From NCBI GenBank assembly GCA_053919585.1, contig CM132787.1: a DNA stretch of 64,000 nucleotides, one strand, 5' to 3'. The position numbers and the translations under genes are program-made. The notes beneath the pieces are model-generated. The model was not told the origin of the DNA and ran no database searches. It saw only the letters and a program-made list of their open reading frames with translations. Every line of letters starts with the position of its first letter. Position 1 is the first letter of the stretch. Positions 24,648-38,574 of this stretch are shown here, one piece after another. Origin of the DNA: Euprymna scolopes (Eukaryota).

Positions 24648-25989
24648 TATACATAGCTGTTTATGTAGGGTTAAATAATAATACCTTTATGTAAATACGT
24701 CGTAATATTTTCAAAAGAGATGTGTGCACAGTGTACTTGTTTTACAATTTGGCTTTATTTCCTATTAACCTGTTTCTACTCAAGTTATTAGTCAATTTGT
24801 CTGAACATGTATTTCCTTGTGATTGATTTGTTTCAGGGATTGTGATTGTCCATTCTGATATTTTTATAATTATTATAATATTATGATTATTATCAGTAAT
24901 AATTCTAGAAATTGGATTAGTATCTCTTATTTTACTTATTCATAACGATTCTTTTATTTCTGTTTACTTAATGGCAGCAGTGTTCTCTATGTAAAAAAAG
25001 CAATACTACTTTGTCAGAACATATTTTGGAAAAAAAAATTTGTTTTTCGATATTTGCAATTAAAATAGATGTTCAAATTATTCTAATTTAATTTATTGGT
25101 GTGTTTATTGTGCTTTTCCGCAGTTCGCTCATTTCCTCCACAATCAGTTTCCTTGTATTACTCTATTTAACGAGTAAGGCTTTAACTCATAACTCTAATA
25201 TTAAATACAGCTGCAAGAAATAAAATGTACCTTAAATTAACGGCCCCATTCTTCTTCATATCCATCAGTGGAAAATTCTGGCTATTTAGTAATATTCAGA
25301 AAAAGCGTCTACTTTTTACAATATATTTGCGAAGCTCTATTATCAAAAACATTTGTTTATATATATATATATATATACATATGTATATATATATATATAT
25401 ATATGCATATATATAATATATATATACATATATATATATATAACAAAGGAAAAAGAAAATCTTCTAGGACTTTATTTAGTCTTTATGTAATTTTTTCCTA
25501 GTTAATTTCTGTTTTTTTCCTACCCCCGCCATATTCATGACATTTTTGTGTGTTTTATATCGTATTTTCCTCGATTTAGCTTTAATAAGTGAGGAACGAA
25601 ACCTGGTTGGCTAACCTTTATTCTCATTTTTAATTTTTTTTTTTAAATCATATTGCGGTTTGGTCTGTATTTAACCATTATAAAAATCTGTACCCCCCGG
25701 AAAATTGGGACCATCGTTGGCTAATATATTGGTGTGTTTTCTATCTTTGTAGAACACAACCGGTTGGTCCTCCAACCACAGCATGACTTCAGAAATCAAG
25801 GCTGCATCATCTGGGAAACGCTTTCCGTTCCAAAACAACGTCATGGCTGGGAAGAGGTGAAAGTCAGAGGGGACAGACTAGGGAGAGTAGGGAGGATGGA
25901 GGGGTTTCATAACCACACGTCTGTGCTTCTTATCTGGCGACATGCGAGTTGTGGATCGGAGCGTTATCCTTAAGGAGGAGGGTAAATTT

Positions 25990-26844
25990 TCTGATCTTGC
26001 CCCGCCTATTGATGTTGATAGCTTTCCTTAATGTCCTCAAAAGTGAAGCATAATAGGCTCCTGTAATTTTGGTATCCTTTGCCAGTAAATATGGCATCAC
26101 TACTCCGTCCTGACCCCAGAATATGTGAGCATGATCTTGCCAGCGGAGGGCGTCACTCTATTCTCTTTTGGAGCTGGTGTGTCCAAGTGTTCCACTGCAT
26201 TGACTGGGTTTTTGTCTCTGGATAATAGTGACGGACCCAGGTTTCATCCCGTGTAATCTGTCGTTTGAAAAAAATTGACTCATCTTCTTGGTACATCTCC
26301 AAATTCATCCTCGAGCACTCTACGGGTTCTCGCTTCTGGAATGATGTGAGAAACCTGGGAATCCATCTGGCAGACACCTTATGCACATGCAACTGGGCAT
26401 TAATGATAATTTCCACATACCCTGTACTAATCTTGACATCCTGGGATATTTGGTGAATAGTAATACGCCGATCTTCCAAAATGGCTGCCTCAACTTGACG
26501 GACAGATGCCTCATCTATGACAGAAGATGGGTTTGACCAAGTATGGGAGATGTTTCCACAGACGTCCGAACATGTTTCAATTCACGATGTCAGAGCTTTT
26601 CTAGGCCATATAATGGGGCATAATCACCATAAGTTTCTTTTATTTCATCCGAAGTCTTCTGTTGTATGCCTTTTTCCAATACAAAAACCGGATCACTGCG
26701 CGACATTAAACAGGCTCCATTTAACACCTGACTCAGTTCAAACACAGGTGTAATTTTCCACGTAACGCGTAGCTATATAAATCATGGCACATGCAAAATT
26801 TAACCTAGATCGGAAATCTGGAAGTGGATCAGGGTCATTATTTA
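25990..26844 (-). mobile_element. Mariner (Tc1/mariner) transposon, 3'-truncated, transposase pseudogene
   Basis: N-terminus MEPV*CRAVIRFLY at 26720. Motifs EDRRIT, KVSARWIPRFLT and TRDETWVRHYYPETKTQSMQW (ORF 26153-26479). Confidence 0.92.
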
Positions 26845-27014
26845 TATATAACGGGGATTGACATATGATCCTGAATACTTCGTAAATAATTTAAGATTTG
26901 CTACCTATATTACATAATGTGTACATGAATTTTCAGTGTCCTTGGTTAAAAGCGAGGCATGGGTAAAAGTTAACACTATTCTATCAATGTGAGTAATATT
27001 TATGAGTTTTGTAT

Positions 27015-29330
27015 TTAACCTTCCAGATGTAATGTCCGGTCGGTAATACCCAATGGATACTTTTCTGAGGACTATTTTTTTGTTTAAAAGGTGACCTGAA
27101 GTGATTATCTATTTAGTAGCATGTAAGTGGATAACATTTTGCGTACTCTTAGAAGATCAAAACCGACAATTATTCGTCCAGCAAAATTTTATAGCAAAAT
27201 TGCCCTTTCACCACTTACGTCGCGATTCATGTATGAGAATTGTTTTTCTATTATTATTGCTCCAAATATGATTTCCTTTGTTTTCAAGTAGAAAATGTAT
27301 TAATAAAGCGGATTTCCACTTCATTTACCGGCATTATCATGGATTTTGAAAAAAAAATTAACGCTGACCTGAATCAGATGAATTTGAATCTGATATTAAT
27401 ACAAGTTATGATTAGCATGTTGCTGACAATGCTGACCAAAATCCTGAGGATAATTATACTGAACAAGACATTTCTAGCAAGTAATATGCATCGGATGATG
27501 GATTTTCAATTCACTACACTGAACTAGACGGAGAAACAACCAAGGGTAAATCCTGATCAAAACACAACTTTTAAAATATATCAAAGAAAACAGCTGTTAT
27601 GCACATCGCAAAAGCAAATAAACGCCTTTTATCTTTCTGGAGAATATTTTTTATCGAGATGGCATACTCAAAGATTATGTAACTTATACAAGTAATATCG
27701 AAACCAAATAAACTAAGACATCAAATAAATGCAGGATTAATTTCCGAAAAAGAGATAAAAACGGTTATTGTCCTTCTGAATTTTGCATATGTCAGCGAAA
27801 GCCGTCGTCTGAATATTTATAATTTATGAAACACGGATAAAACAGGTGTAGATATATTTCATATAGCAATATCATTACAATTGTCGAGTTCTTATAGAAA
27901 TGCATCTGATTTGATTACATGACAACAAGAAATGAGGGAAAGGAATTAGTTAAATTAGTATCCATCTGAGAAATGCTCGAAAGTTTTGTGGTTACCTGTA
28001 AGACAGCGTATTACCTTTTTATGTTATGTGAGAGGGAATGACGATGTAGAGTGTGTTTTCTTCTGAAAGATATGGTTGTAGAGAGGATATGCGACGTACG
28101 GCATAAATATTGATGCTATGATCGATGCAAGCAATTTTTATACTTCTTATATAAGTTGAAGTTCAGCCGCAATGTCCGTACAAAATGAGTAGCACACCAA
28201 GTGATGTAGGTGAACGTATATGCACTCGTATATAAGGATATGGACGAAACATAAATCTTTACATAAGCATTTACTAGTTACAAGTTAGTTTACAGAATGC
28301 TCAATAATCATCGGAGTACGCTAATATTAAATAAACACAAAACACATGTATCTCGTTTCAGTGAAAAAGTAAAGAGAGACACACACATATATCTGCCAAG
28401 GTTAATCTTTAAAAGGGTTGGCTGAGAGACGTCTTGAAAGGGTTGTTTTTTTCTGCCACTTATTTATCCTCTTTATCTAATTTATGCTTAGGAGAAATGT
28501 ACTTTAGAAATGTATTTTGGTCTTTTCGAGAGTTTCTTTTTAATTGTTAGTGCTTAAACTATGAACTATGAAAAAAAAAACCCAAACCGTCAGCAATTAA
28601 TGATGACACTACGTTCGGTGTTCTTTAAAAGTATTACAAAAGTNNNNNNNNNNNNNNNNNNNNNNNNNNNNNNNNNNNNNNNNNNNNNNNNNNNNNNNNN
28701 NNNNNNNNNNNNNNNNNNNNNNNNNNNNNNNNNNNNNNNNNNNNNNNNNNNNNNNNNNNNNNNNNNNNNNNNNNNNNNNNNNNNNNNNNNNNNCCTTGTT
28801 GCCATATGTGCCTGCGAAAAACATGTTTTATATCTCTGTTATCATCCACACACAATGGTGAAAAATTAATATGTCAATAGGAGATGTAAAAATGGCAAAG
28901 TCGATAGCATGTTACAACAAAACTAAAGAAAGCTATGCTGTTCATAAGCTGTGCGCCTCATATATCTGCTCCAGAGTAACCAGAAGAGGGCAAATTGCCA
29001 TTTTCCACCGATTTTTCAATGTTGCTTTAGATTCTTGGATGTATTACAATGAAGACAGAAATTGAAAATAAACCAGCTTTCTTTTGATTTCATACAGGCG
29101 CAAGTAGACGAAAGAACAGTGACCCCCATATTATCAAGTTAATTGAGTAAAACAAATTGGTAAAGTTGCTGACACGCAGATAATACCGATCATCATCAAA
29201 ACATAACACGTGGAAGATAACAGGAATGCCAAGGGAAAGATAGGAAACTCAATACTATACCTCAAATTGACTTCGAATACCTGTGATCAGAGAATGCATT
29301 ATTCATGTGTTTCGAATGCTGTCAGAGTAC
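27015..29330 (+). mobile_element. Degenerate piggyBac (PGBD4-like) transposon, interrupted by an N gap
   Basis: TTAA|CCT left end at 27015. Remnant motifs NL*NTDKTGVDIF, KCI*FD, YGINI..MIDASNFY, GRNI and IACYNKTK...LCASYICSRVTRR.QIAIF. Right end not resolved. Confidence 0.8.
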
Positions 29331-30084
29331 TTTTGATTACACTCATTATAATAGTAAAAGACGGTCATTGTAGTTGCATTAATGATACAGTAAGTAGTTA
29401 TAAGTAAGTAGTAGTGTGGGAGTTGCTGTTGCAAATGGTAAAGGTATATTTAGAGAGGACGATTGGCTTCCAAGTATTGCGACGATGCCCTTAATATTAG
29501 CGTGGAAAGCCGGTCAGAGTAATTATTCAAGATCGGGTGCGCCAAAAATAACGTCAAGAAAGTTCCAAATTGAAGACGCGGACTTCCGGATATTTAGTAT
29601 CAGTTGGACTGACCGATATTTAAGACAATACAAAACATTCGTGAAGGAATGTTCTGTAGTTATCCGTCTCAATAAATAGATAAACAGTCACACAATCAGA
29701 TAGAGAAAACAGCGGGCACATTATATCTTGGACAATTATCACACATATAATGATTCCCTCTTTGATGTCATTATTGTCAGCGCAGAATAAACATTGTTTC
29801 ATAAAATTCCTCTCCCTTGTGATTAAAAGTACAAGAAACTGTTTTTGTTTACCGTTGATGGTGGAGACAAGAATGATTGTCCGAGTTCAAACAACCTGCG
29901 ACTAAACAAGTGGCTAGTCTTATAGTAAGACAGCTGAAGATTAATAGTGAATGGGAAAAGCTTTATTCAGATTGATGTTAATATGCGACGAAATATATGT
30001 AACTTTGTAAAGTGAACTCTAAAATTCTACAGAGTCGTAGACTTGCACTGAAATTATAACCCAGCATGGCGACCGGTTAGGTAG

Positions 30085-30450
30085 GATCGGAGGTTAACAT
30101 CAATGGCGAACACTTGTCACATATTATCTTTTCTGATGATTTTGTACTGATAGCACACTCTCCTAAGAAACTAACTGACATTCTAAATGACACCCACTCT
30201 AAGCGAAAACCGGTTGGCCTCAACAGGCATCATTGGAAGACTAATGTGATGTTATAACAATCGCGAATAATTGCAGATGGAAAGACCATTGAAGAAGTTG
30301 AAAGGTATATCTACTCGGGAAAGAAGATTACGAAAGAGGAGATCTCCCTGAGATAAATAAAAGGGTGGCCTTGGGATGGGTAGCTTTTGGGAAAGTGGGC
30401 TATATCATAAGAAGCTTAAAACAAATGTATCGATAAAAGAGAAGATCTTC
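30085..30450 (+). mobile_element. RTE-clade LINE reverse transcriptase fragment
   Basis: NINGEHLSHIIFSDDFVLIAHSP...VGLN...KTNVM, IEEVERYIYSG and EINKRVALGWVAFGK. Confidence 0.85.
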
Positions 30451-30569
30451 ATTAGGGAGGTCATTTAGGGTGTTGTTGTATAAGGAAATAATTTTCTGTA
30501 ACCATGATTCGTTAGATTTTCCGGTGGACATGACGATGACATAGTGTGATCATGCCGCTTCCATCTAAT

Positions 30570-32150
30570 CGTATTCGTATTTTCTATTACTTTTGGGATA
30601 ATGTACGGATGATGTACATCTCTTTATGTTCCAGTCTCCTACGAACGATATATACTCCAATGAGTCAAATGGTTGCTCTTCACCGGATGATATTTTCTCT
30701 ATTGAACCATACGTGCAGACCCAACCCCTGAAAAATCGTATACTGCTGCAGCCTTTTCTAATGGACTTCACACATTTAAGTCATAATTTCTTTGGTATTG
30801 GCAGCGTTTCTAAAATCGTCTGTGAGATGCTAGTTGCATTTTTCATCTGGAATATTTTGACTCTCTCCTCGATTTTTCAAATAATGTTTTTTTTTTTTAT
30901 TGGGCACATCGAAAATCACCGTCAGAGTAGCATCTCAATAGAATTTGCGATCCTTCGTGCGCAATAATTCTCGGAAGGAGGGACATGATAATGGCTGGTG
31001 AAAATGCGTTTGATAACTGGTTATCCAGTTCAAACCAGGGCCTGAAATCGGTGATGTTCGTCGACGCCTGACAGTTAAGCATTGCTTCAGTCAGTTGTTG
31101 ACTTTACGCCGTCATCCCTTATTAAAAAAGGGGGCAAATTCGACTTCGTCGCCTGCAAATTGACATTTATCGTGATTAAAAACAGTGCAATCTCTGTCGC
31201 AATAGGTGATATAGTTTATTCTGTGCCAGAAAACAGATTCCATAGTCGTATCTCAGAGAAGGATATCATCAATGCAACGAGTAATTCGTGGGATGTCTGC
31301 GTGTAATTTCATCGAACCGGCGAGTGAACCTTTCACCAGAGGCATAGAAACATGTGTGTCCTCTAAAGTAACGATAGTTTCCCCACTGTTATTAATGTAG
31401 TTGCATTTCGGACCGTTTGGGATAGCAGTGAACTATGATATCAGTTCCATGCAGCTAAAACTGTTTTATTGGTTCACGCAGGTAAAATAGACATTTGAAT
31501 AAATAGGTCGTTGTATAATGGGTTTCCCTCATTGTCGCGGTATTCAATTTTTGTAGGTCCTCGTCCTTCTTAGTGCCCCGTCCATTTTTGGTGCAACCAC
31601 CATCCTCAGACACAAGACCGTAATCGTAAATGCTAGGACTAATTGGATTATACATTTTTCCCAATGATGGTGGAAATTAATGTGTCTGTGTACAGTTGAT
31701 TGTTTCGCTCCCGGCATGAACATTTAATCAAGTAATGTTTGTGACATAACTAGTAACAGTTAGTATCGAATGCACTTGCTTTTAAGTGCTTCTGTAACCA
31801 TTGTTCCAAACGTTCCTTATTAATTCCGATAGAGATAAACATGATTCTGGTAGGTTTGTTCGGAACTGTTTTTCTTTGGCGACATCAGCAGAGAGCTATT
31901 CTATTATTTTATGTTTGCATTTCAACTTTTGATATCCGGTGTAGTAATTCGGGAGGTATTTATTGTAGGTCTTTCATTGCCAACGTAGATAAATAAGCTC
32001 GAAGTTTTCTGTGATACGCAAATTACCTGCCTACTTTCTTTAAGACCAACTTTAGTATTTGTAAAAAGTATTAAAGCATTCCCTATATGTGTAGTAGGAC
32101 GTCCGTGATTCCACATATTCTCTGCCTAGTTGGTGTTAGCACGTCGTTGG
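30570..32150 (-). mobile_element. Ty3/Gypsy LTR retrotransposon pol remnant (RT, start of RNase H region, integrase fragment; internally deleted)
   Basis: CLRMVVAPKMDGALRR.DLQKLNTATMRETH, KTVLAAWN*YHS, WGNYRY, RCIDDILL*D and TDFRPWFELDNQ. Integrase-like TYGSIEKISSG..PF...SSVHYPKSN. No LTRs seen. Confidence 0.85.
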
Positions 32151-32559
32151 TCTCCAAAAGACTTTCGGTACTTCAGTGCTATTTTTAATACATTTGACAA
32201 TATTTAAACACACTAATGAATATTATGTTTATATATATATATATATATATTGAAAAAATGACAAAAGACTATATTCCAAAGTTCATGATGTTGACCATCT
32301 TATAATTTATTCCTTTAACTAATTTGACATTTACAATTCTTGTAAATTATAATATAGTCAACATTATGACCTTTTGATTACAGTATTTTGTCATTTATTC
32401 ACCATATTGCTCTGTAATTACATTAAGTTTCTGATATAAGGATTAGGATATATTATAAGAACGTATATTTCCACAGAAATACGTACATATATATGTATAT
32501 ATTTATATACATCGAAATGTACTATAATTTATGAGATACAATTAAAATGGCTATATACT

Positions 32560-34361
32560 AATCTTAATATACTTGAGGTAATCTCGTCACGATCAGACAA
32601 AGCCAAAACTCGTTGCCAAGAACTTAGCAGCTAATTCTACCCTTTGCGACCAAGGCCGCCAACCCCCAATATTTCCTCCTGTATCAGAAAACACGCTATG
32701 TAATTGACAAATATCTGTACTTGATTTTGCTCAGCTAATAAAAAAAATACTTGATTCCAGTAAAGCAACCGGCCCTGACGGTATTCCAATTATAGTACTC
32801 AGAAGACTTCAACCAGAACTAGCGCATCACCTTACAAAACTGTGTAAACATTTTCTTAAGGAGAATTGCGTCCCATCGCCCTGGAAAATCAAATCAGTAT
32901 GCCCTGTATTAAAGAATTCAGGTGATTGCTCATCTCCCTCTCAGGACTACAGGCTAATAAGGCTCCTGTGCGTCATGAGTAAGTTGCTGGAATCTGTGTT
33001 TAATAGAGAAGTAATCAACCATCTCAGCAAAAATAACCTTCCTAGTGGCACGCAATATGGCTCCTGTTCTACTAGATCTACAGCAAATGTGCTTACAGTT
33101 ATATCTTGAGGATTAGCGAATCTCTCGACGGAGGCTACCTTTCTAGGGCAATTGCTCTTGATATATATCAAAGGCCTTTCATTGAGAATGGCATAAAGGT
33201 TCATTTCACAAGATATCCAACTACAGTATAGCTGATAATTTCTTCTCAATTATTACATCATTTCTATTTAATAGGTTCATAAGAGAAGTGGTTGATTGGC
33301 AGAAATCAGAAACTTACAGTATTAATGAGGGATCCATCCTTGGCCCAACTCTCTTCCTGATTTACATTAATGATCTGTCAACTCTATCCGTACATCATCC
33401 ATAGACATTTATGCTGATGACACTATTATCTATGGTAGCACATCGAAGAACGTAAACGACAAAGTTCTCTCCAATTATCTCTCCTCTGATCTTGAGCAAG
33501 TGGTACAGTCGGGAAAGAGGTGACTTGTTACTTTTAATACACCTAAAACCAAACTTATATTTTTGCATCATCAACGTTCTGATCCCTATCTTGTATCAAT
33601 TGAAATGAATTGCTCTAGTCTTGGATATGCCTCATGTTTTAACAAGCTACTGGGCTTGACTTTTCCTCCTGAGTTTTAAGTGAACTCATACATTAAAGCC
33701 GTTGACAATGCCGCTGGAAAAATGGTGAGATCCTTCTATCGGTCCAGTAGCGATCTTACTGCTGATGCAATTCTCTATTTATATAAGAGCCAGGTACGTC
33801 CAAGTATGGAGTACCGTTGCCACATTTGGGCAGGAGCTGCTAGAACCGGCTTATCCTTCCTTGATATAGTTCAAAATAAACTTCGTAGCCTCGTAGGTGA
33901 TGTCCTTTTCTCTTCCCTGCAACCTATATCTCACATAAGACATGTTAGGAAGTTGTCCCGGTTTTATTGTTATTTTCATGGCAAATGCTAGACGGAGCTC
34001 CAATCTATCCCCCCCTCGACAAACTTTCACAAGAAACACTCGTCTAGCGGAAAACACTATCACAATTACCCCCCACTCTTTCTCTCTGCCTAAACCTAAA
34101 CGTAGATTCTATGAACGAAGATTCGTTCTTAGAACTGCACTCCTATGAAATTGTTTTCCGTTTTCCTGCTTTCCAGCTGACTACAATATGTCTGTCTCCA
34201 AGTCTAACGTAAACAACTTTCTGATGAGTCGTTCCATATAAGTTAATAAATTTACCGTATTTCTATTATAAACAATTACTATAATGTCCAATTTCTGCTG
34301 TACAGTCTTTAACCTTTATCCTTGAGTGGCCTCCTGGCATTGATAAGTGGTGAAGCCTATG

Positions 34362-34364
<3 letters not shown>
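32560..34364 (+). mobile_element. 5'-truncated CR1/L2-group LINE, degenerate, ending in (TA)n
   Basis: KATGPDGIPI, YRLIRLL, GSILGPTLFLIYINDL, YADDT and LYLYKSQVRPSMEY. The 3' motif GAGTGGC..TGATAAGTGGTGA..TGTAA matches 22250-22290. Confidence 0.92.
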
Positions 34365-34411
<47 letters not shown>

Positions 34412-34414
<3 letters not shown>

Positions 34415-35604
34415 CTTACACAGGAAAAAAAACTTCATCACCAGATTCACTCCTGAACTGAACAGAACTTAATACCATCCCACAAAAACATGAAATGCAA
34501 AGTACACTCGCATGCACACTCATACACATATACACACACATAAATCAGAACCGACACATTAAAACACACACACGTGCGCGCATACAACCACACACAGACA
34601 TAACACCCCTATCTCTAATACAACACACTGAACAATACCAAACCTACTTAACCTCGAAACCAACAACACTAGCAGACACCTAGAACCATAGTATAATATA
34701 TGTTCAAACACCTCGCTCCCTTCTCAGTCAGGGGAGGAGAACCCCCTCATGACTGAAACGACTATCATCCCTTCTATCATCCCCCTCCCATACCTACCCC
34801 CCAATGCCCCCCTCTGGGGAACAAAATCTTCCCCACACTAGGAACTGATCCTGGGTCGGGCCATACCCACATGGGGAGACCAATAAATAGAAACATTAAA
34901 AACTCCCCTATTTTAAATACACCCCTCTTTCTAAACAAACATAATATAAGACTAAAACGAAAAATCACAATACTAAAATCCAAGAATCCAAAAAATAAAT
35001 ATCAAAATAGAATGAAAACACCCCTACCCTTGCTTCAGAAGAGCCAGTCCCCCCTCCCCACACATACACATTAGTAACGATTTCGGACCACATCCGCCTT
35101 CCTAAGGAAGCAAATAACCCCAAAATACTATAAAACAATATAAACATTCCCAAACTAATAAAAACAAACACACACACGCATACACGCGCGCACACACACA
35201 CACATAAACACACACGCACACACACACACACCCTACCCCACCCTAAAGGAAAAGAAAAAAAAAACATTAGCAGAAAGAGATAGCGACTACAGAGAGGTCA
35301 ACGCCTCCCTGGACAAGCCAAATGAAAAAACAATAAAAACTCAGCATATCAATGTATAATAAACACTTAAAAGCCTCCACCCCTTGGAAAAACTTCAAAC
35401 TAACTACGAAAATCGCAATTTTTACACATTTGAAAATAATTTCTGAAGAGGACTCATCACAGACCGGCCTAAACGCGTGTAAACGATGTCAATGACTTAA
35501 AAACATTATTACAATGATCCAAACATAATTCTCAATGAAAAACCAAGACACGGAATAATAAAATAATGTTCAAAATACCCATTGTTGTTGACTACTCCCT
35601 TATT

Positions 35605-35606
<2 letters not shown>
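34412..35606 (+). mobile_element. Probable 3' remnant of a Penelope-like element (GIY-YIG C-terminus plus long A/C-rich tail) between two (TA)n tracts
   Basis: Begins with LLTQEK/NFITRFTPELNRT* (frameshift in the A run; PLE-type E..I...P.LN end). Degenerate hammerhead-like CTGAAGA-GGAC..GGCC-TAAA-CGCG at 35443-35477. Flanked by (TA)n on both sides. Confidence 0.45.
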
Positions 35607-35656
<50 letters not shown>

Positions 35657-38574
35657 CAAATATTCTTGTAACGGTATCTATTATGTTTTACAAAATATTA
35701 TATAAACATATATCAGTCCAATAATTAGTAGTTTGAATAATTCCCTTGATTTCAAACCATATCTGAACATATCCGCAAACATGTTTTTCGTTTTGTTGAC
35801 TAAATTCATTTATTATCATGGTTTCTCACCGTCTCGTATCTGATATTTTGCATTTATTAATTCCCTTCGCTCACTAATAAAACGATTGCGGTTTTTAGCA
35901 TTGTGCTGAATCATGTATAGTAATTTCTAGTTTAATAGTAAACCCTTTTTTACATTCATATTTGCATTTAATGCTTGTAATTAGTAAATCCAAATAACTT
36001 ATGGATTTAACTAATTACATATGATTTCAAATTATTTAATGTCCACGTTTCTCTGAAAAAATACGTTCTAGGTTTATTAAATTAAAGTAATATTTTTTGC
36101 ATAAATCAAATATAACATTGCTAGTTATGGCATCATATAACTGCCATGTTTTATTAATTTCTAACAGTTTCTTTTCATTAATGTCTTTTTAAATATTATT
36201 GAATGTAAACAGTCTCTTTTCCACCTATCTTCGCAGTTGAGATTTTCTGTTTCCATTTATTTCTGATAATCGATTTATTTTCTTTGTAATTATTTCTAGT
36301 TGATGTGAGTTAGTTATTTATTATCTTAACCTAGAAGCATTACTTTCGAACATTTGGTGTACGTGAGATCTAGTATGAATTCTAGTTTCTCCCTGTTGTA
36401 ATATGTTTCCTACAAACCTTCGTTCAACGAAGCTCCAGTATCTCCCGAATTTTGAGTTCTCATCAGGTTATGTTTGTTCGAAAAAAGTACAAATTAATCG
36501 GCGTAGTTAAGACCTTGATAGGGCGCTAAAATATAATAGGACGGTGCTATATATTAATTATTCTCAATCAAAGTGTTCAAAAAAGTATGTTACAGAAAGT
36601 ATGATTTTACTTCGTCGTTGAATCTACTATAAATATTACAAATATGTGACATTATAGTATTTGCATAAATGCATCACAAGGCCCCATAACAAACATATTT
36701 CAATATAAAATTAAAATGATGTGACGACTGTTCGGCACGTGATTATTTGAAAATATAACAAAAACACTTTAAAAAATACTCAGTGCCAGTATTTTGTTCG
36801 ATTCAAAAGTCATACGTCAGTTTGTGTAACATAAAAAACGAATATTAGCTTTCAATATTGTATTCTTGTTGTATAAACTTGTAATTCACTAGTAATGTAC
36901 ATTCCTTTAGGTGCGGCAAATATTACCGAAGCTTTATTATCTAGTATAGAATGCAGGCTTTTTGTTATCATTCTTTTCGGACTATATAACCGACATTTTT
37001 TTAAGAAGGTAACGTCTTCCTTTTCATTCGATAGTAAAAAAATAGGTCTACAACGATTACGAATATTTAATGAATCATGGGCAATATTGTATGAATGTAT
37101 TTTTTATAAACCACACATTTAGTAGTTAGTATTGTGAGAAATTGTAGATTCAAGCACCCTCTTTCTTTTAAGCCGACTACACAGTTTTGGTAGGCGGTCT
37201 GTGATTGGGTCCGCTGATTTGACTTGGCGCCTTTTTTGTATTCATGTGTTTATCTTTCAGTCTGAGAAAGAACACGGAACGAAACAGACTCAAACCAGCG
37301 ATTCCCTCACTAGGGAGCCAAAACAGTTCCTTCATGAACACCAAACGGTCGCTGAATGAAGGACTAATCTCTACAAGCAGATATATATTATTTTGCTGAA
37401 CCTATTTAAATGAAGGAGGGCATTCTACTAGTGTCCGGCAGGTTATTATTCCGATTATTGGAATTTATCTTATTTCTTCTTGAGGGCCATGGGGCTCACA
37501 TTATGCCTGATTATAGGCGTCACCATTCCTACCGTGCTGTCTATGATTGCAAGGATCCTTCCAAAGGAACAATGAACTAACATTCCAACAATAGGAATTT
37601 ATACTAAAGGCTCCATGCGTATGGTAGCCAATCGGTCCACCGTTTTGGAAAATGACTTACCAGAACCAATGAACTTTCATTGCTGTTACATGAGTTTAAA
37701 GGTATGACTTTTGTTTTTGGAATTCAATTCCTACTGCAGGGAGGAAATTGAGAAACGCAAGAAAGAAATTTCTCACATATAATAAACATCTCATTTGAAT
37801 TCGTAAGTTTTAAATAAAAAAATGTCATCTTTACATGCATATAATAAATATTACATGTTTAAAAAGGACTGTGTTTCTCGATAAAATATATAAGAATAAT
37901 TATTTTAAAAGCATAGAAATGATAATAATATTATATCACATTTATTAGATATTCCCTTACCGAAAGATAATATCTCACATTGGTTATTGATGCCGCACAC
38001 ATGTTTACATATGGTTTGTGATTTCTTTAATTTGAGCGAGTTTATTATACGTGAAACATACAGGCAAAATTATAATCTCCAAATAACAGATTTTACATGT
38101 TACGACGGTCTCTATGCAGCCTCGTACATTCGAATTAATCCGAGCTTTGTTTCGTTGAAATAATTAACATATTTTACTGATTAGTAAAACGCATAATTCG
38201 TTAAATTGCACAAACTACGATTGTCGATAATGTAAACAGAAAAAAAAGAGGGGAAATTAAAGTAAAGTAGTTTATTTAACTATATAAGCACTCCATGCAA
38301 TAAGGAAGAATTTAGAAACACACGCCTCGTTTAATTGTTCCTAATACCTTAACTCAACTGCTCTTCTCGGATGTGCGTTCTTTATTTTAATTTAGCAGGA
38401 ATATGTGTTACGGAATCTTACGATCGTCATAAAAAAACTAGCACTAATGCATTTAGAATGGTATTTATTATCTAAAAACCAACTGAAACAAAAAAAAACT
38501 CGCACATTTTCTAATTGAATTCTCGTCTACGAAACTACGCAATATTTCAGTTCCTGTGTTTGAAATAGAGAAGG

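Noticed and set aside
37740-37802. 63-nt exon (CTGCAG|...|GTAAGT)
   Set aside because: Good splice signals, but stop codons in all three frames. It cannot be supported as an internal coding exon.
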